From assembly GCA_965649115.1 (NCBI GenBank), contig CBFGJN010000038.1, positions 1 to 18,575 on the forward strand: a stretch of DNA of 18,575 nt, written 5' to 3'. The notes under the pieces are model-generated. The model was not told where the DNA came from and searched no databases. It saw only the letters and a program-made list of their open reading frames with translations. This document shows, one piece after another, positions 10,049-17,643 of this stretch. The stretch's first letter is position 1. Each line of letters opens with the position of its first letter. This DNA comes from a candidate division WOR-3 bacterium (GTDB lineage: Bacteria > Hydrothermota > Hydrothermia > LBFQ01 > DSFT01). The position numbers and the translations under genes were made by a program.

Positions 10049-10978
10049 ATGAAAAAACTAAAAATTACAATTATAATGTTCGCTATTTTATCTTGTTCTA
10101 AAAAGTCTGAAAGTCCAAGCGAACCTTCACCTAATCCTGACATTCAAATTGCTATTGAAAAATTTCAATCAATTCCTACAATGTCTTTTCAATCAATTTT
10201 AGAACCTAATTTTGGAGGAATGTTTAGGACAAGATACACTGGCGGTTATTTTTTATATCAAAATGATAGCATAATAAATTTAAGCTATTGCACTAGTTTT
10301 GCTGATCCTATTTATTATACTGATACTGATAAGGATGGAATATATGATGGAACTGGTTTTACTTTTAATTGTGATAAAGTAGATACAATAATAAGGAATA
10401 ATAAACAATATGAAATTAAATACAAGATAAACGGATATTCTTTTCATCTTGATACATTTAGCAATTACAATGACCCTTATTCATTTTATGTGTTTTTTGG
10501 AGAAGCAAATCCATTTGAAATCTATGTTGTATCTAAAAGAATTGGAGCGAATGACTCAATTATTTCATATTACAACGGCTATTCAACAATAATAGCAAAG
10601 AAAAATTCAAACACAACTATAAAAGCCTATATTGAGAGAAATATATATAAAGTTGAATTAAATGCTAATTGTCCTAAATTCAACATAAAAGATAGTGTTT
10701 TAATTGACTTTTCAAATGCACCAACTTGGAAACCAAACAAAGATTTAAAACAAAATGAGTTTTTACTATTTTATGTTCAACCAAAGGGTGATATTATCAC
10801 TTGTAATAATGATACCTTAAAAATAATGATTACTACAATAAATCCTATAAAAGTTTCATTTTGTTCTAATGGAGAACAAGGACCAATAAGTGGAAAATTA
10901 AAGTTAGATATATACAATAAAGGAATAACGAAATATATAAATTATAACGATTGTTCAGAAAATATAACTGATAATTAA
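10049..10978 (+). CDS. Hypothetical lipoprotein
   Basis: MKKLK + hydrophobic stretch + ILSC lipobox, S/P-rich linker, DTDKDG motif, beta-rich mature part with 6 further Cys. Confidence 0.75.
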   Translation: MKKLKITIIMFAILSCSKKSESPSEPSPNPDIQIAIEKFQSIPTMSFQSILEPNFGGMFRTRYTGGYFLYQNDSIINLSYCTSFADPIYYTDTDKDGIYDGTGFTFNCDKVDTIIRNNKQYEIKYKINGYSFHLDTFSNYNDPYSFYVFFGEANPFEIYVVSKRIGANDSIISYYNGYSTIIAKKNSNTTIKAYIERNIYKVELNANCPKFNIKDSVLIDFSNAPTWKPNKDLKQNEFLLFYVQPKGDIITCNNDTLKIMITTINPIKVSFCSNGEQGPISGKLKLDIYNKGITKYINYNDCSENITDN

Positions 10979-12073
10979 ATGAAAGTTCCATTTTTTGATT
11001 TAAGAAGACAAGCAAAAATAATAAAAAATGAAGTATTGAGAGAGATTGAAAAGGTTATTGATGAATGTGCATTTTCACTTGGATTTGCTGTTGAGGAATT
11101 TGAAAAAAATTTTTCAAATTATTTAAATGTAAAACATGTTATAGCTTTAAATAACGGAACATCTGCATTACACCTAGCATTAAAAAGCCTAAATATAAGT
11201 GAAAATGATGAAGTTATTGTTCCATCTTGGACATTTATAGCAACTGCCTGGGCAGTTTCTTATGTTGGAGCAAAAATCGTTTTTGCAGATGTTGATGAGG
11301 AAACTTGGCAAATAAATCCAGAAGATGTAAAAAGAAAAATTACAAAAAAAACAAAAGCAATAATTGGCGTTCATATATATGGACAACCATTTAATATAAA
11401 TGAAATTTTAAATTTAGCTAATGAATACAATTTATATTTGATAGAAGATGCTGCCCAAGCTCATGGTGCTGAATACTATAATAGAAAAGTTGGAACATTT
11501 GGTATTGTTAATGCTTTTAGTTTTTATCCATCAAAAAATCTTGGAAGCTATGGAGAAGCAGGTGCTATTACTACAAATAATGACGAAATAGCAGAAAGAA
11601 TAAAAATTTTAAGAAACCAAGGTCAAAAAACGAAATATGAACATGTTGAAATAGGTTATAATATGAGAATGGAGGGATTTCAAGGTGCAGTTTTAAATGT
11701 GAAGTTAAAATATCTTGAAAAATGGAATGAAAGAAGAAGAGAAATAGCAAGAAGATACTTAAATCAAATAAATAATCCAAAAATTAAATTTCAAAAAGTT
11801 GTTGAAGGAGGAAAGGGTGTTTATCATTTATTTGTAATAAAGGTTAAAGATAGAGAAAAATTCATAGATCATCTTGAAAAATTTGGTGTAGGTTATTCCT
11901 TCCACTATCCAAAACCTGTTCATTTACAAAAAGCTTATGAATTTTTGAATTACAAGGAAGGTTCTTTGCCTATTACTGAGGAACTTTCAAAAACAACAAT
12001 TTCTATTCCATTGTTTCCCGAAATGACAGAGGAAGAGATTGATTATGTCATAAAAGTTATAAATGATTATTAA
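10979..12073 (+). CDS. DegT/DnrJ/EryC1/StrS PLP-dependent sugar aminotransferase
   Basis: VPFFDL, NNGTSAL, EDAAQAHGA, SFYPSKNLG (PLP lysine), GYN.RM, HYP.P.H.Q. Confidence 0.93.
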   Translation: MKVPFFDLRRQAKIIKNEVLREIEKVIDECAFSLGFAVEEFEKNFSNYLNVKHVIALNNGTSALHLALKSLNISENDEVIVPSWTFIATAWAVSYVGAKIVFADVDEETWQINPEDVKRKITKKTKAIIGVHIYGQPFNINEILNLANEYNLYLIEDAAQAHGAEYYNRKVGTFGIVNAFSFYPSKNLGSYGEAGAITTNNDEIAERIKILRNQGQKTKYEHVEIGYNMRMEGFQGAVLNVKLKYLEKWNERRREIARRYLNQINNPKIKFQKVVEGGKGVYHLFVIKVKDREKFIDHLEKFGVGYSFHYPKPVHLQKAYEFLNYKEGSLPITEELSKTTISIPLFPEMTEEEIDYVIKVINDY

Positions 12074-12075
12074 AA

Positions 12076-12975
12076 ATGAAAGTTGCTATTATTGGAAATA
12101 ATTTTGTTGGTAAAACAACATTATTTAAAATTCTGACAAATTCTACAAGTAGTGAAGGAATTTTAATTTTATATGACAAACGAATTGAGCAAATAGCTAA
12201 TATAATAAAACCTAAAAAAATAACCCATGCCTATATTGAAATTTCCGATAATCCTAAAGATTTAAATTTGTTTGACCTTCTAATTCTTGTTGTTAGAAAT
12301 AGAAAAGATTTAGAAGATTTAAAATTTAAGTTGATTTTATCAGATTTAAAAATTGTTGAGAAACGAATAGAAAATTTAAGAAAAAAGGGAAATAATAAGG
12401 AAGCAGAATTGTTTGAAAGGTTGAAAAATCATCTTGAAGAAGAGCAATTTCTTTGCTCTATTAAATTAGAACAAAATGAATTGATTATTTTAAGGGGAAT
12501 TAGTTTTATTACAACGAAACCTTTTATTATTGTTTATAATATCTTTGAAGGTGAAGAAATTGAAAAACTAAATGAAGAGGATTATATTATTTCAAACTTA
12601 AAACTACAAGAGGAAGCAAAACATTTAAGTTTTGAAGAGCAAAAAGAATTTTTAAAATTATATGGATTTGAACCCATAAATGAAATTTTAATAAATAAAA
12701 TAAGACAAAAATTAGATATTGTTTTATTTTTCACAGCAGGTGAAAAGGAAGTAAGATCTTGGGTTTTAAAGAATGGTAAAACTGTTAAAGAAGCAGCAGG
12801 AAAAATTCATTCTGATTTAGAAAAGGGATTTGTTAGAGCGGAGGTTATTCACTTTGAAGATTTTATGAAAATTAAAGATATGAAGTTAGCAAAAGAAAAG
12901 GGTCTTTTGAGGATTGAAGGAAAGGATTATATTGTAAAAGATGGTGATATTATTTACATTAGAGCAAGTATTTAA
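12076..12975 (+). CDS. YchF/Obg-like protein with shortened G-domain and intact C-terminal TGS (DUF933) domain
   Basis: GxxxVGKTT P-loop, D.R, FFTAGEKEVRSW, AAGKIHSDLEKGF.RAEV, EGKDYIVKDGD; 299 aa. Confidence 0.85.
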   Translation: MKVAIIGNNFVGKTTLFKILTNSTSSEGILILYDKRIEQIANIIKPKKITHAYIEISDNPKDLNLFDLLILVVRNRKDLEDLKFKLILSDLKIVEKRIENLRKKGNNKEAELFERLKNHLEEEQFLCSIKLEQNELIILRGISFITTKPFIIVYNIFEGEEIEKLNEEDYIISNLKLQEEAKHLSFEEQKEFLKLYGFEPINEILINKIRQKLDIVLFFTAGEKEVRSWVLKNGKTVKEAAGKIHSDLEKGFVRAEVIHFEDFMKIKDMKLAKEKGLLRIEGKDYIVKDGDIIYIRASI

Positions 12976-12978
12976 TAA

Positions 12979-12990
12979 CCTTTAAAATTT
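12979..12990 (+). promoter_or_regulatory. CCTTTAAAATTT -10-like motif
   Basis: TAAAAT 12983-12988, 9 nt before ATG 12998. Confidence 0.6.
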
Positions 12991-12997
12991 AAAACTA

Positions 12998-13489
12998 ATG
13001 TTAAGAATTCTAAAAATGCTTTATGATTGTAAAATAAAATATATTTTAGTGGGAGGTCTTGCTATAAATCTTTACGGCATTCCAAGAACTACAGTTGATG
13101 TTGATATTATGATAGATTTAAATAATGAGAATATACTAAATTTAATAAGTTGTTTTAAAGCTAATGGTTTTAGATTTAGACAACCAATTGATGAAAAGAA
13201 ATTAATAAATAACGAGTATAGAAAACAATTAAAAGAGGAGAAAAATGTTATAGTTTTAACACTTGAAAATCCTAATAATCCATTAGAAATTTTAGATTTT
13301 TTTATAGATAATCCAATAGATTTTAACAAAGCTTATTCTAGAAAAAAAACTTTAAAAATTGATGATTTTGAAATATACCTAGCAAGCATTGAAGACATTA
13401 TAGAAATAAAGAAAATTTCAAATAGACCAATTGATATTTCTGATATAGAAAATTTAAAACTTCTCAAAGAACATGAAGAAGAACTATAA
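12998..13489 (+). CDS. Nucleotidyltransferase (DUF6036/AbiEii-like, Pol-beta superfamily)
   Basis: LVGGLA...YG.PR.T.DVD, third Asp in ILDFF, C-terminal D.I..K...R..D..DI..L. Confidence 0.8.
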   Translation: MLRILKMLYDCKIKYILVGGLAINLYGIPRTTVDVDIMIDLNNENILNLISCFKANGFRFRQPIDEKKLINNEYRKQLKEEKNVIVLTLENPNNPLEILDFFIDNPIDFNKAYSRKKTLKIDDFEIYLASIEDIIEIKKISNRPIDISDIENLKLLKEHEEEL

Positions 13490-13607
13490 CTTAAAAGTTA
13501 AAATAACATTAGATAAAATAAGGGAATATAAGAAATTAACACCTAAGGAAAAATTACTATTTTTAGAAGAACTTAATAAATTAAAGTTGAAAATAAAGAA
13601 AAAATGA
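13473..13607 (+). CDS. 44-aa basic protein, putative partner of the nucleotidyltransferase (not in ORF track)
   Basis: MKKNYNLKVKITLDKIREYKKLTPKEKLLFLEELNKLKLKIKKK; overlaps the NTase end, its TGA overlaps the ATG at 13604, and it fills the gap exactly. Confidence 0.7.
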   Translation: MKKNYNLKVKITLDKIREYKKLTPKEKLLFLEELNKLKLKIKKK

Positions 13608-13786
13608 TTTACTTTTTAATTTTGCTTTCAAAATTTGTTCAAGCAATTGGGATAGGTATTGGTTTTTTGGCAATGATAGCTATGTTTAAAGGTTATATGA
13701 AATGGGAGTTTATCTTAATTTTTATAGCAATTATTATATTTTCCATAGGTAGGGTAGTTGAGAATAAATTAAGAAATTATTGGTAG
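13604..13786 (+). CDS. Small two-TM membrane protein
   Basis: 60 aa with two hydrophobic helices; ATGA coupling to the 44-aa ORF. Confidence 0.65.
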   Translation: MIYFLILLSKFVQAIGIGIGFLAMIAMFKGYMKWEFILIFIAIIIFSIGRVVENKLRNYW

Positions 13787-14005
13787 TCAATAAATTACAA
13801 TTTTTATGATATAAATTTTTGATTATCAAAAACTTAAATAATAAATTCTTTAATTTATTAAATTTTTTATAAATTAAATTATTGTTTATCAATAATTTAT
13901 TATTTTAAAATTGTAATTATTTGATTATTAATAACTTATTTAGAGGGCAAAGCCCCCTTGCCGAAAAAGGAAAAATATGTATTTTTAGAATTGTTAGACA
14001 AAGCA
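13781..14005 (-). mobile_element. MITE-like element copy 3 (inverted, internally deleted, dyad triplicated)
   Basis: Reverse complement begins TGCTTTGTCTAACAATTCTAAAAATA and contains TTTTTCGGC..GGGGGCTTTGCCC; three 25-bp dyads; far end near 13781-13796 is degenerate. Confidence 0.65.
13812..13938. repeat. Three 25-bp dyads TAAnnnnTTGATWATCAAnnnnTTA (overlapping IHF-consensus pairs)
   Basis: 13812-13836, 13875-13899 and 13914-13938; each half matches WATCAANNNNTTR with 0-1 mismatch. Confidence 0.65.
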
Positions 14006-14025
14006 AGTTATTTTTTCAAATTTAT

Positions 14026-14037
14026 CCTTTAAAATTT
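14026..14037 (+). promoter_or_regulatory. CCTTTAAAATTT -10-like motif
   Basis: TAAAAT 14030-14035, 9 nt before TTG 14045. Confidence 0.6.
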
Positions 14038-14044
14038 TAAAACC

Positions 14045-14518
14045 TTGAAAAAATATATTTTATTAATAACTTTAAATGCTTGTGTATATTCGTTAAGTGG
14101 ATTTTTCCCATCTGAGTATAGAAATGTTGCTTTATTTAGTATTGAAAATAAAACAGATTACTTACAACTTTCAAATCTTTCAAAAATAGCTTTTGAAGAA
14201 TATGTTCTAAATGAACCAAGACTAAATTTAAAAGATATTAAAAGTGCTAATATCCTTGTTAAAATTTACATAAATAATTATTCAAGGGAACCAGAAAAGT
14301 ACAATCAAAATGGAGAGATTATTTCTTATAAATATGGTGTTTATATAGATGTTGAATTTTTAAAAAAGGATACAACGAAAATTTTTGATAAGAGAAGTTA
14401 TAATGGATTTTATGTTCAACCTTCATTAAATAGTCCAGACGATGGTTATAAGCTTGCTATTAAAGATGCAATATCAAGAGCATTTTCTGATTATTTTAGT
14501 TCTATAACTTCTGAATAA
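14045..14518 (+). CDS. lptE: LPS-assembly lipoprotein LptE family
   Basis: Lipobox LNAC followed by Y.LSG, then V....IEN.T, A...V...I.NY, and Y...V.VEF; size fits the LptE family. Confidence 0.65.
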   Translation: MKKYILLITLNACVYSLSGFFPSEYRNVALFSIENKTDYLQLSNLSKIAFEEYVLNEPRLNLKDIKSANILVKIYINNYSREPEKYNQNGEIISYKYGVYIDVEFLKKDTTKIFDKRSYNGFYVQPSLNSPDDGYKLAIKDAISRAFSDYFSSITSE

Positions 14519-14522
14519 AATT

Positions 14523-15635
14523 ATGTTTGTAAAAATAAAAAAATTAAATGAATTTGGTGAAGGTATAGGTTATAGTTCAAATGGAAAATTTAAATTAAAA
14601 CATGTCTTACCTGGTGAGATTGTAAATTTAGAAAATTTAACAGTGAAGAAACCTTCAAGATATAGAATATTGCCAACTTGTAAATTTTATTATCATTGTA
14701 ATGGATGCTCACTTCAAATTGCAAATTATGAATATCAAATCCAATTAAAAACAAAATTTTTAAAATCAGTTTTAAATAAATTAAATTTAAATCCAATTTT
14801 TGAAACTTTTGAAAAATCAAAACCTTTTAATTATTTGAATACTTATGATAAGAACTATTATAATTTAAAAGTTGATAGTTGTCCATTAGTTTATGAAGAA
14901 ATAAATGAGATATTATCAATTTTGCCAAATAGTTTAATTATTAAAGGTTCTCAAAGACTTAAAAGTTTTTTGGTATATATTGAACACTATAAAGGTTTAA
15001 GTACTAGTTTTTTAAGAGATGTTTTCAATCTAAATGAAAATTTAGCAGGAATAATTTTAAAAGAAGAAAGGAATGATAGAGTGCTTTATGGGAACAATTA
15101 TTATAAAGAAAAAATTTTATCCAAAACCATAAAAATTAATTTATTTTCTGATTTTGAAAACAATGTTGAGATTTTTGAGAAAAAAGTTAGTTTTTTAAGA
15201 AATTTAATAATTTCTAATGGATTTAAAAAAATTATTATTTATAAAGCAGAATTTTATCCATTGTTTTTATTTGATATTTTGAGTTATTGCCTTTGTTCTG
15301 AAAGGAATGGATATAATAGAAGTGATTTGGAAGAATTATTTAAAATTTATGATGTTTTTAATTGTGATATTCTATCAGTTAAATTGAAAAGTATTATTGA
15401 AACAAAAGAAAAATTTGATTTGCTTATATTAAATAAACCTTTTATAAAAAATATAAAACTCCTAAAATTAAACGAAATAAAAAATGTTGTTATTATTCTT
15501 GAAAATATAAGAAAGTTAAAAAGTATTTTGAAAATTATGAAAAACTTTAATTATGAACTTGTTCTATTAAAACCGTTTGATAGTTATCCACAAATTTTTA
15601 ATTTCGATTTAATTTTATTTTTTACAAGAGAATAA
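14523..15635 (+). CDS. RlmD/TrmA-like RNA m5U methyltransferase homolog, probably inactive
   Basis: GEGIG..., VLPGE.V, CxxYxxCxGCxLQ, YE.Q...K and a later C.L match RlmD; SAM and catalytic motifs are degenerate. Confidence 0.7.
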   Translation: MFVKIKKLNEFGEGIGYSSNGKFKLKHVLPGEIVNLENLTVKKPSRYRILPTCKFYYHCNGCSLQIANYEYQIQLKTKFLKSVLNKLNLNPIFETFEKSKPFNYLNTYDKNYYNLKVDSCPLVYEEINEILSILPNSLIIKGSQRLKSFLVYIEHYKGLSTSFLRDVFNLNENLAGIILKEERNDRVLYGNNYYKEKILSKTIKINLFSDFENNVEIFEKKVSFLRNLIISNGFKKIIIYKAEFYPLFLFDILSYCLCSERNGYNRSDLEELFKIYDVFNCDILSVKLKSIIETKEKFDLLILNKPFIKNIKLLKLNEIKNVVIILENIRKLKSILKIMKNFNYELVLLKPFDSYPQIFNFDLILFFTRE

Positions 15636-17378
15636 TTATCTTGGTATTCTATCAAGGTATTGATTTACTTGGTCTAACATATCTGTTCTACCAACACCGA
15701 AAAATTGATTTCTTGCCATTTCAAGGTATTCTCTTGCTTTATCCATATTACCTATATCTTCATAAGCAAGTCCAAGATACATATAAATAACACCTTTATC
15801 GTATTCACTTAATCTATTACTTTGTTTTTTTAATGCATCTGTTAAAAAGCTAATTACATTTTCTGGACTTTTTTGGTTTAAAAGTGCTAATGCCAAGCCT
15901 CCATAAGCATCACCTATTCTTTCATGTTCAGGATATAATCTAATTAGTCTTTTAAAGGTTTCACTAGCATCCGACCATTTTTGTAATTTCAAAAATAATT
16001 GTCCCGCTATAAATATACTTTCCTTTGCTTTTGGATGTTCTGGAAATTCAAGAGCTAATCTATAAAAATAATAGCTTGCTTTTTCTTCATTCTTATCGTT
16101 GAGGTACTTTCCACCCCAATAATAATAGACATCAGCAAGTGATGAACTTGTTGGAAAATATCTTTTAAAAGTTTCTATATAACTTTCATCATCTGTTGCA
16201 AGTTTTGTCAAAATTTGTTCTGCTCTTAATTTTGCTGTTGAATAATATGAACTTTTTGGAAATTCATCAATAAGTTGTAAGTACGAATAAAGTGATTTTT
16301 GATAATCTTCTAATGCCAAATATAACTCTCCAAGTAGGTATAAAGCAGTTTCCTTTTCCTGAATTTTTCCAAAGTTTGCTCTTATCCATTCAAGATTTGA
16401 AATAGCATTTTTTAGATCTCCTTTAAATCTATATAAATCTGCTAATTTTAATGCTACAAATGGTGCTCTTTCATCTTTTGGAAAATCTTGAATAAATCTT
16501 GAAAAATCCTTTTCTGCAATAATATCATCTTTCTTATTGTAAAATGCTATCATTCCTCTATAATACAATAATTCTGCTCTTGATTGTTTTTGAAATACAT
16601 TTTCACTTAAAGAAGTGATTGAATTGTAAGCTTCTATTTTATCACCAAGATTAAATTTTGCGACAGCTATACCTATTTTTAGAATTGATTTAAGAAATTC
16701 ATCACTTACTATTGAATAAGCCCTATTTAATAAACTTAAAGCTTCATTATATCTTTTCAGGTGTAAATTATTCCATCCTCCTATATATAAAGATAGAACT
16801 CTTAAATTAATATCTGAATTATCATATAGTTTTGAAGAATAGAAATCAACTTTTTCAAACTGATTTGCATAATAAAAAGCTTCAGCACAAGCAAGATAAA
16901 TAATACTGTCAACATCAGAGAAGTTTTCAATTACATAATTAGCAATACTAAATGCCTCTGAAAAATCACCTTTATTTAAGGCTGAATAAATGTAAATTTT
17001 ATAAGCTATTCTTTCAAATGTTAAAGTTAAGTTGCTGTTTATAACAGAAAATGATTTATTGTAAGAAGCGGAATAATCCCCACCTTCAAAAATCAAAGCA
17101 CTCAAAATAATATCTCTTATACCCTTTGGCTCATCTTTCAATGATTTTAATTTTTCCTTTGCTAATAAGCTATCTCTTGGATATACATAATTTGATAATT
17201 CATTTATAATGTTTATTGCATCGTTTTTGTTTATTTGAGAAAAGACAAATTTAAGTTCATTTAAAGGACTATATTTATATGGAACATAAGGTTTGTAATA
17301 TGCTATAACTTCATATTCTGCTGCTTCTTTTATCTGCTCTTCAAATCCTTTTTCTTGTGCCATTATAAATAAAATCAT
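15636..17378 (-). CDS. Tetratricopeptide-repeat protein (BamD/CpoB-like repeats)
   Basis: Multiple TPR units (F..FIQDFP, L.YLLGE.Y, LIDEFP.S, LIRLYP.H, Y.YLG.AY...G...KA..Y). Confidence 0.85.
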   Translation of the reverse strand: MILFIMAQEKGFEEQIKEAAEYEVIAYYKPYVPYKYSPLNELKFVFSQINKNDAINIINELSNYVYPRDSLLAKEKLKSLKDEPKGIRDIILSALIFEGGDYSASYNKSFSVINSNLTLTFERIAYKIYIYSALNKGDFSEAFSIANYVIENFSDVDSIIYLACAEAFYYANQFEKVDFYSSKLYDNSDINLRVLSLYIGGWNNLHLKRYNEALSLLNRAYSIVSDEFLKSILKIGIAVAKFNLGDKIEAYNSITSLSENVFQKQSRAELLYYRGMIAFYNKKDDIIAEKDFSRFIQDFPKDERAPFVALKLADLYRFKGDLKNAISNLEWIRANFGKIQEKETALYLLGELYLALEDYQKSLYSYLQLIDEFPKSSYYSTAKLRAEQILTKLATDDESYIETFKRYFPTSSSLADVYYYWGGKYLNDKNEEKASYYFYRLALEFPEHPKAKESIFIAGQLFLKLQKWSDASETFKRLIRLYPEHERIGDAYGGLALALLNQKSPENVISFLTDALKKQSNRLSEYDKGVIYMYLGLAYEDIGNMDKAREYLEMARNQFFGVGRTDMLDQVNQYLDRIPR

Positions 17379-17386
17379 AACATTTG

Positions 17387-17398
17387 AAATTTTAAAGC
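17387..17398 (-). promoter_or_regulatory. GCTTTAAAATTT -10-like motif
   Basis: TAAAAT (17394-17389), 10 nt before ATG 17378. Confidence 0.55.
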
Positions 17399-17416
17399 AC
17401 TTTTAATTTTCCGCTT

Positions 17417-17593
17417 TGCTTTGTCTAGTAATTCTAAAAATATGATTATTTCTATATTTTCCCCACCCACCCTATGAATAAGGCTTCGCCTTATAAATAC
17501 CCATTTTTCGGCTATTGGGGGCGAAGCCCCCATTAAAAACCCCCCATAAAATATTGACAATCAATAAGTTAGCAATAATTATTGGACAAAGCA
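17417..17593 (+). mobile_element. MITE-like element copy 4 (most complete, 177 bp)
   Basis: TIRs TGCTTTGTCTAGTAATT (17417-17433) and AATTATTGGACAAAGCA (17577-17593) match at 15/17. Hairpins at 17478-17494 and 17517-17531, dyad at 17547-17571; no transposase. Confidence 0.8.
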
Positions 17594-17626
17594 TTTTTGC
17601 CCCCTAATTAAGCCTTTGCCTTTTAA

Positions 17627-17638
17627 CCTTTAAAATTT
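17627..17638 (+). promoter_or_regulatory. CCTTTAAAATTT -10-like motif
   Basis: TAAAAT 17631-17636, 7 nt before ATG 17644. Confidence 0.6.
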
Positions 17639-17643
17639 CGCTT

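Noticed and set aside
13787..13940. Possible CRISPR array or replication origin
   Set aside because: Only three degenerate 25-bp palindromes with unequal spacers (38 and 14 nt), no cas genes and no clear DnaA boxes; explained by the element.
17554..17559. TTGACA in the element as an outward -35 box
   Set aside because: No good -10 at 16-18 nt spacing, and it is too far from the conserved -10-like motif at 17631.
17375..17560. 61-aa minus-strand ORF
   Set aside because: Lies across the repeat element and promoter motif; the frame is not preserved in other copies.
17417..17593. Integron attC sites or tRNA/ncRNA
   Set aside because: No RYYYAAC/GTTRRRY ends, copies in both orientations between housekeeping genes, and no cloverleaf.
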